A stretch of DNA of 64,000 nt from Candidatus Woesearchaeota archaeon (GTDB taxonomy: Archaea; Nanobdellota; Nanobdellia; Woesearchaeales; GW2011-AR9). The position numbers were made by a program, and so were the translations under genes. The notes beneath the pieces were generated by a model that saw nothing but the letters and a program-made list of their open reading frames with translations, was not told the DNA's origin and ran no database searches. The first letter of the stretch is position 1, and each line of letters begins with the position of its first letter. Below are positions 47,880-55,849 of the stretch, piece by piece. The DNA lies in NCBI GenBank assembly GCA_018676855.1, contig JABHDY010000003.1, forward strand, positions 445,907-509,906, in the 5' to 3' direction.

Positions 47880-48899
47880 ATGGTTGAGATGAAACGGTTC
47901 CTATTAATTATAGTATTTACATTCATTTTTATGTTTACTTTAGTGCAAGCACAGATTGATACGACATTTACGTTTACGTCTCCCGATAACGAAGATTTTA
48001 CTGGTTACTTTGCAACAATTCTATTAGACGATGCTGTACAAAAAGTTGTATTAGACAATTCAGAATATACTCTTGCATTAATTGATGGACAATATACTAC
48101 AGATATAATACTTGACTCATTTGACACTCCAACTCCTGACTATTACGGTTCAAAGAGTATTACTGTTCCTTCTGACACATCAATTCCTTTCTTTGTATAT
48201 CCAATAGGATATTTACAGGGAACTGTTGTTGATACAAATGGTAATCTTGTACCAAGTGCACGAATTCAGTTTACATGTTACTCATCAATAGCTGTTGAAT
48301 ATCCACATACTTCTGACGCTGCAGGGTTCTTTACCGTTCCACACATTCCTGTTGGCCGATGTACAATTATTGCGTCTGCTCGCAATGTTGCAGGAAAATC
48401 AGATGTAGAGATTCGTCGTGGTGAAGATACGTCTGTTGAAATTGTTCTTGGACAAACTATAGATTCTTCATATTCCATGTTTAAAATTATTTTATGGGGA
48501 TTTATCGTTCTTGCTGTTATTATTGTCCTTATCTCTTCTTTAGTAAGGCGTAACGTTCAGAAACGAAAGATAGTGTCTCACCACGAAAAAAAGATACAAG
48601 AAAGAAAACGAGAAAATCAACAAGAAGATCAAGAAAAACTAGAAGAAAAACATACTATTTCAAAACAAACCCAAGCACTACTTCAAACATTGTCAGAAAA
48701 GGAACATAAAGTAGTGACGTTCTTAATGAATCATGGTAATGAAGGATCACAAGCACAAATACGGCACGCGACACATATCCCTCGAACGAGCATGGCGCGT
48801 ATACTTCAAACGTTAGAACGGAAAAAGATAGTTCAAATTGAGAAACAGGGTAAAATGGTTCGTGTTGAACTAACAGAACTCTTTCTTGGTAAGAAATAA
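47880..48899 (+). CDS. Membrane-tethered transcriptional regulator: signal peptide, extracellular CarboxypepD_reg-like domain, TM, cytoplasmic wHTH
   Basis: Signal peptide FLLIIVFTFIFMFTLVQA; beta-sandwich motifs GYLQGTVVDTNGNLVPSARIQF, CTIIASARNVAGKSDVEI; TM IILWGFIVLAVIIVLISSLV; basic linker; C-terminal LSEKEHKVVTFLMNHGNEGSQAQIRHATHIPRTSMARILQTLERKKIVQ (MarR/TrmB-like wHTH). Confidence 0.55.
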   Translation: MVEMKRFLLIIVFTFIFMFTLVQAQIDTTFTFTSPDNEDFTGYFATILLDDAVQKVVLDNSEYTLALIDGQYTTDIILDSFDTPTPDYYGSKSITVPSDTSIPFFVYPIGYLQGTVVDTNGNLVPSARIQFTCYSSIAVEYPHTSDAAGFFTVPHIPVGRCTIIASARNVAGKSDVEIRRGEDTSVEIVLGQTIDSSYSMFKIILWGFIVLAVIIVLISSLVRRNVQKRKIVSHHEKKIQERKRENQQEDQEKLEEKHTISKQTQALLQTLSEKEHKVVTFLMNHGNEGSQAQIRHATHIPRTSMARILQTLERKKIVQIEKQGKMVRVELTELFLGKK

Positions 48900-49041
48900 A
48901 TTTTGGGCACTTTTTCTATATTCATTATTTGTTTGGACACAAATTTTGGTTCTAATTAAGACATTTACCCTCTCAATGTATATATATTAGTATGCCTTTT
49001 AGGGTAGTATGAGAAACATAAAATTACACGAGGTAATAAAA

Positions 49042-50922
49042 ATGAATATTAAAAATATACTATTGGTAGCAATACTTGTATTGTTTGCAAGTTCAGTATT
49101 TGTTGCGGCGGCACCTGACGTTGATTTAGTGGTAGATGACTTTTATCTAACATCGGTAAGCGGACAAAAATACAACTTGGATGATACATTTACGGCTGGA
49201 GAAGAAATAAATGTACATCTTACTGTACGAAATTGGGGTACGTCAGACGTTACAGATACGTTTCAAGTAGAGATTATGGCTTGTCGACCAGACGGAACAC
49301 GATGTCATATTCCTTCAAGTGTAGAAATACACTCGTTAGGAGCAGGAAAAGAAGTAACATACACAAGATCATTTACATTTTCTGATAATGATATTGTGAA
49401 TGGCAAATCTATGATTAAAATTCACGTTGATGGCGATAATCAGGTTGTAGAAACAAGTGAAGGAAATAACATTGAATCTGAAGAATTAAATGTACAAAAA
49501 TCGTTTGGTTCTCTATTTTTTGGTGTTGCTGTTAATGATTGGCCAGCACATAAAAATACTGCATTAACAAAAAATCTTAAGAACGCGTATGTTAACATGT
49601 ACACGGTTGTTCTTGATGGTGATGCATTTAAAGTAGTTAGTGTTGAAACTACAAGTACTGGTGCTAGTGAGTATCCTGTTGCACGGTTTACAATTGAACC
49701 AAGTCAAATGGTATACTTTGAAGGGTTTAGAACACGATCTGGAGCAGATCAGGGAGCAACTCAAAAGAAAGCTCTTTTATGGACCGCACCACCGTACAAA
49801 GTGTTTGGACCAAATATGTTATGTCAAACAGATTATACTAATGTTGACAGAATGTTACGGGGAAGTGAATCGTATGCATGCGCAACAATGTTAGCAGTTC
49901 CATACAAAGACATTGAATCTGTTGACTTTACATATCCAGATTTAACTGTAACATCTTTAGCTTACGGCGATACGTCATTTAAAGCGTTAGTATGTAATAC
50001 TGGAGAAGAAGCAGCGGCTAACTTTAAGATAACCTTTGGAGCGAATAACAAAGAAAATACGTTAACATACGTTCCAACATTGGCTGCAGGAAGTTGTGTT
50101 GAAATTTCTTCATGGGGATATAGCCACTTTGGAATTCAAGATACGTATGATACTGTAGAAGCAAAAGTTGATGTTGATTCGTACAACGACATTGTTGAAA
50201 GTGATGAAACTAACAATGGTGCTGTTCTTACACCCTCTTCAGTTTCAGAACGAAATTGGGTAGAACTTGTACTTGATAATAAGCGAGTTACTGGTCAAGC
50301 TATTGAGTATGACATAGTTTCAGCTACTTCGTATCCGACATCACAAAACTGTGTTGTTGAAAATGGAGAGAAGTTGTGTATTGAAAAAACGTACGTGACA
50401 GTTGGTAGTGATGGACGATACGACAAAATCATTTTTTGGATACGTGTTAATAGTGTTGGAACAAAAACGTTTGAACTTAATGCACGGGATAATAGGTTTA
50501 TTGCATTACGTGGGTTAGACAACGAGTACTTTACTGTTGAGCTTAATCCAATGCTAATGAACTTACGGATTTATCCTACAACTGATGGGGTAGCAGAAAG
50601 TGTTGTTGACAATGGTCAATTACCTGAACCTACAACAAATCCACAGTTCCTTGGTGACAGAAGCGTTTGTACAACTGGATGTTCATACAAAGGTAAATGT
50701 TTGGACGCAGGAACACGTATCAAGTTAGGAGATGTTGGCGAGTTTTGTAATTGGGACGGAACTATGGCAAAACAATTTGACGCTGGTGAATCATGTTCAA
50801 ACAATTACGAATGTGGAACGAACAGTTGTGTTAGCGGTAGTTGTGTTGATTTAGCAAAACGGTTAGACGATCAACAAAACTTACTTGAGAAAATTCTTGA
50901 GTGGTTAAAGAAACTATTTTAA
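49042..50922 (+). CDS. Secreted surface protein with two CARDB domains and Cys-rich C-terminus
   Basis: Signal peptide MNIKNILLVAILVLFASSVFVAAA; CARDB-like PDVDLVVDDFYL...GEEINVHLTVRNWG and PDLTVTSLAY...ALVCNTGEEAA; C-terminal CTTGCSYKGKC...CSNNYECGTNSCVSGSC. Confidence 0.6.
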   Translation: MNIKNILLVAILVLFASSVFVAAAPDVDLVVDDFYLTSVSGQKYNLDDTFTAGEEINVHLTVRNWGTSDVTDTFQVEIMACRPDGTRCHIPSSVEIHSLGAGKEVTYTRSFTFSDNDIVNGKSMIKIHVDGDNQVVETSEGNNIESEELNVQKSFGSLFFGVAVNDWPAHKNTALTKNLKNAYVNMYTVVLDGDAFKVVSVETTSTGASEYPVARFTIEPSQMVYFEGFRTRSGADQGATQKKALLWTAPPYKVFGPNMLCQTDYTNVDRMLRGSESYACATMLAVPYKDIESVDFTYPDLTVTSLAYGDTSFKALVCNTGEEAAANFKITFGANNKENTLTYVPTLAAGSCVEISSWGYSHFGIQDTYDTVEAKVDVDSYNDIVESDETNNGAVLTPSSVSERNWVELVLDNKRVTGQAIEYDIVSATSYPTSQNCVVENGEKLCIEKTYVTVGSDGRYDKIIFWIRVNSVGTKTFELNARDNRFIALRGLDNEYFTVELNPMLMNLRIYPTTDGVAESVVDNGQLPEPTTNPQFLGDRSVCTTGCSYKGKCLDAGTRIKLGDVGEFCNWDGTMAKQFDAGESCSNNYECGTNSCVSGSCVDLAKRLDDQQNLLEKILEWLKKLF

Positions 50923-51007
50923 TTTTTTTTTCTTTTAATTTTTTTTTGATATATAAAAATTCTAAAAAGTAATAATAATGGTAATAATAAAAGTAAGAAT
51001 AAAAAAT

Positions 51008-51508
51008 CTATTTAATCCCTTGCAACTGCCGTTCTATATCTCGTAACTGACCCTCAAGTTGAGCTAAATTATCATCTTCAAGTTCTTGTTTAGGAGGAGC
51101 AGTTGTTGGTGCAGGTTGATTTACCACTTGTACTTGTGGTCCAATGCCCGCTGCTTTTTGTTGCTGTTCAGCTACGTTCTGCGGTGTTACTGCTCGTAAC
51201 TTACCTTTAGGAAGATATTTTCGCAATTTATCATTTACAAGAACGTTAAGTTGTTTCACTTCAATTTTTAACTGCGTAAAAAGTGCAACTTTTTCTTCCT
51301 GAATTCGTCTAAACTTTTCATAGCCCTGCATAAAGATAATAACTTCACGAAGTGATTCTAACAAATCTTTACGTACAAGTTTAGGTTCCGATACTTGAAC
51401 CATATAGTCTGGTTCAGTACTTTTTGTTTCAACCTTCTTAACAGGAGCACGTCTTTTAGTTGTTCTCTTTCGTGTCGTCTTTTTCTTTTTTGCAGCCATT
51501 TTAGTCAT
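51008..51508 (-). CDS. Coiled-coil protein P3 with Lys/Arg-rich N-terminus
   Basis: Start taken at MTKMAAKKKK, 4 nt after the P2 stop (the track ORF start would overlap P2). KKKKTTRKRTTKRR tail, then two coiled-coil segments. Confidence 0.5.
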   Translation of the reverse strand: MTKMAAKKKKTTRKRTTKRRAPVKKVETKSTEPDYMVQVSEPKLVRKDLLESLREVIIFMQGYEKFRRIQEEKVALFTQLKIEVKQLNVLVNDKLRKYLPKGKLRAVTPQNVAEQQQKAAGIGPQVQVVNQPAPTTAPPKQELEDDNLAQLEGQLRDIERQLQGIK

Positions 51509-51512
51509 GTTT

Positions 51513-51740
51513 TTAGAAATGTTCAGGTTCATTAAGAGAATGATCAATAAAATCAATCTTTTTCTCAACTTCTACTAACGTATTCTGCCAGACTTCTAAC
51601 TGGTGATCTTCTTCATTTTTAAGATCGTGAATCTTTGCAAGCGTTTCTTTCGCTTCTTCCATTTTTGTTCGAACCATCCGTAGAAGGCTTAAAACGTCAT
51701 CATATTCATCAATTTTTACAAATACAGGCATTCTATCCAT
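51513..51740 (-). CDS. Coiled-coil protein P2 (75 aa), paralogous to the P1 C-terminal domain
   Basis: Start 2 nt after the P1 stop. PVFVKIDEYDDVLSLLRMVR aligns with P1 PLYIKMNVYQRILGDLDALK. Confidence 0.55.
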   Translation of the reverse strand: MDRMPVFVKIDEYDDVLSLLRMVRTKMEEAKETLAKIHDLKNEEDHQLEVWQNTLVEVEKKIDFIDHSLNEPEHF

Positions 51741-51742
51741 TT

Positions 51743-52219
51743 TTATTCACCTTGGCCCTTGAATAATACTTTATCCGCAATCAAGATACGGTCGTGTACA
51801 TTTCGCATAATCTTTTTGAGCTTTTCAAAATTATTTTCTTCATTGAATTCAGAATTTTCCAACCGTCTGTTTGCTTCTTGAAGAGATGTAATGTCAACTT
51901 TTAATGCGTCTAAATCTCCGAGAATACGTTGATACACGTTCATTTTAATGTATAATGGTTCACGTGTTAGTGATCGTTCTGGTTGTTGCTGCCGTACAGG
52001 TTGTTGTTGTACCTGTTCTTGTGGTGGTACTTCATCAACGTCTTCCTGAGGATATGCACTCTGTTTTTTAAATCCTGCAGCTTTTTTAATTTCTTCTGGT
52101 TCAATGACTTTCGCGGGTGGAGATGTAGTAGGAAAACGTAATGCTTTTTCGTCAAATGCTGGTCCTGGAGGAGGAGCATCTTGCATAATTTTCTTTTTCT
52201 TACCAAACAACCATCCCAT
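51743..52219 (-). CDS. Coiled-coil protein P1 of a three-gene operon (N-terminal MGWLFGKKKK, Pro/Gln-rich linker, C-terminal coiled coil)
   Basis: Promoter-like TTTTTAAAC and RBS GAGGT upstream. Residues 98-117 PLYIKMNVYQRILGDLDALK are paralogous to the P2 N-terminus. Confidence 0.55.
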   Translation of the reverse strand: MGWLFGKKKKIMQDAPPPGPAFDEKALRFPTTSPPAKVIEPEEIKKAAGFKKQSAYPQEDVDEVPPQEQVQQQPVRQQQPERSLTREPLYIKMNVYQRILGDLDALKVDITSLQEANRRLENSEFNEENNFEKLKKIMRNVHDRILIADKVLFKGQGE

Positions 52220-52315
52220 TTTAATATCTTACCTCAAGAACGTTTAAAAACTTTGTTTAGTATTCTTACGTAGTAAAAACATAATATAAGCGAACCTGTA
52301 TTCTCCTCATATTCG

Positions 52316-54505
52316 ATGAAAATACTATTTTGTTTTTTCTTGTTTATTATTCTTATAGTGTGTACGTCCATTTCTATAGCGGATATTACAATTAATGAGG
52401 TGATGTACGCTCCCACGACAGATTTTGGCGGTTCGTCTAATGAATGGATCGAATTATACACTTATGATACTATGCAGTACAATTTATCTGAATGTACATT
52501 AAATAATAAATCACTTCATGGAATAATAAACGATTCTTCTTATGTAATTCTTGTAAGAAATAAAGAAAAGTTTATTGAAATTTATGAAACTAATTTTACT
52601 TCAATAGTAGAAGTAAGTTTTGGCCGTGGGTTATCAAATAAAGGTGCTGAAATTATTCTTAATTGCAATGATAATTTTGACAATATGGATTATGATGGAA
52701 CTTTAGGAATACAAGGAAAAACGCTCGAAATGAATAAAGATGGTGAATGGAAAGAAAGTTTGGTAGATGGTGGAACTCCTGGAATGAAGAATAGTGTGTA
52801 CGATTTCAGTTATGATTATTCTGATTTAGAAATTACTGAAATAATGGTCGATCCATTAGGAGATGATGATGCAACTAAACCATTGGGTGAATGGATAGAA
52901 TTGTACAATTCTGGTGATGATTCAGTTTATTTAGATGGTTTAGTTTTATATGATGAAGATGACGCTAACGAGTTATATATAACCAAAACTAATACTAATA
53001 CTTTAGAGTTGTGTAGTAAATGTTATACTGTTGTGTACAGAGATAACGATGGAGATTTTGATTTAAGCAAAGTTGAAGACTCTGTACGATTATATACTGG
53101 ATATCCAATTTCAGACAATCTCCTTATTGATGAGATTAGTTTTACAAATGCAATAGAGGGAACAAGTTTTAGTAAGTTTGATAATGGATGGTACAAAACA
53201 GTTCCAACTCCAGGAAACGAGAATAAGTATACTGCGGGATGTGATTGGAAGATTGAAATAGACATGAACAATTCTATTTTTCATACAACGGATATGGATT
53301 TTGATATTATTGTTAGTAGGATTTTTGGAGAGAAACAAAATGTTACTGTAAAAGGTATTATTGAAAATGTTTTTGGCGAACCCATAAAAGAATATTCTCC
53401 TTGGACAAATAAAAAGATCACAACAAGTAATACAAAAAAATATACGCCAAATTTGCATGAGGGTGTCTACCAGATACGTTTTTGGATTGAAAGTCTTATG
53501 TGTGGCGATACTGACAATACAAATAATGATGTAACTAAACTTGTTGCAATTAACCCACAATATAAAGAAACTACATCATCTCTTGAAATTGAAAGAATGT
53601 ATTTAGGGAATGATAATAAAGCAGAATGGGGAGATCAATTTACGGCAAAGATTAATGTGTATAAAGGTAATGAAACAAGGTACTCTGTTCAGGTATGGGT
53701 AGAAAAAGATGATGAAAAAGTTAGTAAAACTACAAAGTTAAGTATACATGATCAGTATAAACAATATCCATTAACTATTCCCATTCAACTTGAACCAAAT
53801 TGTAATAATAAAATTGATGATGGAAATGTATTGTTAGTTGTGGAAGCGTTTGGATTACGTACAGAGAAAGAGTTTCTTGTTAAAGGCGTTGACAATGAAA
53901 TTTGTAAAGATTATTTAGATTATATTAAGGATCAGGAAGATGAAATTGAACGGAAAAAAGTTGGATATAGAATAATAGAAAAACCTTTAGAAATATTCTC
54001 TGGAGAAATATTTCCTATCAAAGTTCAGTTATTAAACGGTAATGATGTTCAACCATATACTGTCTGGAGTTATATGTATAGGGGAAGTACATGTTATTCT
54101 TGTGACGGTTCTGAAAGGGACGGGAACAAACAACGCGTTATTTTACAACCTGACGAAGTACAAATTGTTGAATTTCTTTTGAAAGCTGATGATGTACAGG
54201 AAGGTGAGTATAAGATTAAAGTTAAAGTTCAGAAAGGCAATCAGAAAACTGTTAAAGATATTACAGAAACGATAACTGTTGTGTCTGAGAAGAAAACATT
54301 GTCTGAATCGTTACCTTTATTTGTTGAATCTGGTGGTGGAAATGTCTCTTCTCCATTTTCTTCAAAAACTCGCGTGTTTGGCAATTCCTTAACGGGAGGG
54401 GTTGTTGTCTATGAATCAAGTGGCGTGAAAGCGAAGAAACTTATTCCTGTATTGTTGTTCGTTACCTTCGGCTTAGTATGTTTGGTGTTGATTTGGAAGA
54501 AGTAG
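52316..54505 (+). CDS. Surface protein with two lamin-tail domains (LTD) and C-terminal TM anchor
   Basis: Signal peptide; LTD signatures ITINEVMYAPTTDFGGSSNEWIELYTYD and EITEIMVDPLGDDDATKPLGEWIELYNSGDDSVYLDGLVL; C-terminal LIPVLLFVTFGLVCLVLIWKK. Confidence 0.6.
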   Translation: MKILFCFFLFIILIVCTSISIADITINEVMYAPTTDFGGSSNEWIELYTYDTMQYNLSECTLNNKSLHGIINDSSYVILVRNKEKFIEIYETNFTSIVEVSFGRGLSNKGAEIILNCNDNFDNMDYDGTLGIQGKTLEMNKDGEWKESLVDGGTPGMKNSVYDFSYDYSDLEITEIMVDPLGDDDATKPLGEWIELYNSGDDSVYLDGLVLYDEDDANELYITKTNTNTLELCSKCYTVVYRDNDGDFDLSKVEDSVRLYTGYPISDNLLIDEISFTNAIEGTSFSKFDNGWYKTVPTPGNENKYTAGCDWKIEIDMNNSIFHTTDMDFDIIVSRIFGEKQNVTVKGIIENVFGEPIKEYSPWTNKKITTSNTKKYTPNLHEGVYQIRFWIESLMCGDTDNTNNDVTKLVAINPQYKETTSSLEIERMYLGNDNKAEWGDQFTAKINVYKGNETRYSVQVWVEKDDEKVSKTTKLSIHDQYKQYPLTIPIQLEPNCNNKIDDGNVLLVVEAFGLRTEKEFLVKGVDNEICKDYLDYIKDQEDEIERKKVGYRIIEKPLEIFSGEIFPIKVQLLNGNDVQPYTVWSYMYRGSTCYSCDGSERDGNKQRVILQPDEVQIVEFLLKADDVQEGEYKIKVKVQKGNQKTVKDITETITVVSEKKTLSESLPLFVESGGGNVSSPFSSKTRVFGNSLTGGVVVYESSGVKAKKLIPVLLFVTFGLVCLVLIWKK

Positions 54506-54564
54506 TTCTTAGTTACTTTACAGTTCCAAAACACTTAAAAACCTCCCCTTATTAGACATCTCTC

Positions 54565-55143
54565 ATGGAGAAAAATATAACGTTTAGAACAGTAATAGAA
54601 ATTCTTGGAAAACCGCAGGAACATGTAGAAAAGTCCATCAAAGAGTATGTCAAGAAGCTTAAAGATGATGATAAATATGAAGTTCTTGAAGAAGAATTTG
54701 CAGATATTAAGAAACAGGAAGATCAAGATTTATGGGCAACCTTCGCAGAACTGGAAGTGAAAACCTCTTCATTACAAGATCTTAGCGCGTTTTGTTTTGA
54801 ATACATGCCTTCTCTTATGGAAATCATTGAACCTAAAAAAATGAACCTTACTGATTCAAACGTATCAGAATTTCTAAGCGATCTTCAATCAAAATTACAT
54901 CAAATAGATATGGTTGCGAAACATGTTAAGATGGAAAATGATATGTTGAAGAAAAGTATTAATTCTCTCCTTAAAAATTATATTGTTGTTCTATTGCGAC
55001 CACGAAATTTAACAGCAGATCAATTAAGTAAATTAACGGGTGTTGCGCAAGATAAATTGGAAGATTTTTTGGATCAGTTGATTGATGAAGGAAGAATAGA
55101 TTTAAAAGAGGGAATATATTTCCTTACAGATACTAAAAAATGA
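54565..55143 (+). CDS. Putative short ScpA-like kleisin (coiled coil plus C-terminal wH)
   Basis: Immediately upstream of, and overlapping, scpB (ATGA overlap). C-terminal LTADQLSKLTGVAQDKLEDFLDQLIDEGRIDLKEG wH. Assignment by context only. Confidence 0.35.
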   Translation: MEKNITFRTVIEILGKPQEHVEKSIKEYVKKLKDDDKYEVLEEEFADIKKQEDQDLWATFAELEVKTSSLQDLSAFCFEYMPSLMEIIEPKKMNLTDSNVSEFLSDLQSKLHQIDMVAKHVKMENDMLKKSINSLLKNYIVVLLRPRNLTADQLSKLTGVAQDKLEDFLDQLIDEGRIDLKEGIYFLTDTKK

Positions 55144-55763
55144 GTAGTGATGAAAAAAGGGTAGAGGCTGTTATTTTTGCAGTTGGTAAAGAGATTACAA
55201 CAGAAAGAATTGCACATTTATGTTCTTTAGATAATAAAAATGTTGAAAAAATTATGAAAGGATTACAGAAAGAGTACTCTCAACGAGATCATTCCCTCCA
55301 GATTGTTACAAAAGATAATGGATGGAAATTAACAGTAAGAGATGAGTTCGTTCCGTTAGTAAGCAGTATAGTTTCTTCAACAGAACTTGAAAAACCACTC
55401 ATGGAAACGTTGGCAGTTATTGCATGGAAATATCCTATTATTCAATCAGAGATTGTTAAGTTACGTGGAGCAAGTGCGTATGATCATATGAAACAGTTAG
55501 GGGAGCAAGGTTTTATTGCAAAGGAAAAGTTTGGCCGAACATACAAAGTTAAATTGACACAGAAATTTTTCGGATATTTTGATTTACCAACAGAAGAAGC
55601 AAAAAATGCGTTCCTAAAATTAGTACCTGAAGACGTTCTTGCAGAAGCAGAAAATGTTCATAAAGAAGCTGACGAAGTTGAACGGTTAGTTGAGTTGGAG
55701 AAGAACGAAAAAGGTTCTAAAGATGAGATTAGAAGTGCGATGGACGATGTTCAGAAAGAGTAA
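55140..55763 (+). CDS. scpB: Segregation and condensation protein B (ScpB)
   Basis: Tandem wH: VEAVIFAVGKEITTERIAHL... and ETLAVIAWKYPIIQSEIVKLRGASAYDHMKQLGEQGFI. Confidence 0.75.
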   Translation: MSSDEKRVEAVIFAVGKEITTERIAHLCSLDNKNVEKIMKGLQKEYSQRDHSLQIVTKDNGWKLTVRDEFVPLVSSIVSSTELEKPLMETLAVIAWKYPIIQSEIVKLRGASAYDHMKQLGEQGFIAKEKFGRTYKVKLTQKFFGYFDLPTEEAKNAFLKLVPEDVLAEAENVHKEADEVERLVELEKNEKGSKDEIRSAMDDVQKE

Positions 55764-55849
55764 TATAACCGACAGCTTTATAAACCTCCAAATTCTTTAT
55801 ATTAGTGTAATTTACCGACGATAAACAATACTTTTAAAATATTAAAAAA

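Noticed and set aside
51513-51568. ORF-track start of P3 at 51568, overlapping P2 by 56 nt
   Set aside because: The hydrophobic MRKRLILLIILLM extension is in a different frame from P2 and unsupported. The Met at 51508 lies 4 nt after the P2 stop, consistent with the operon spacing of the other junction
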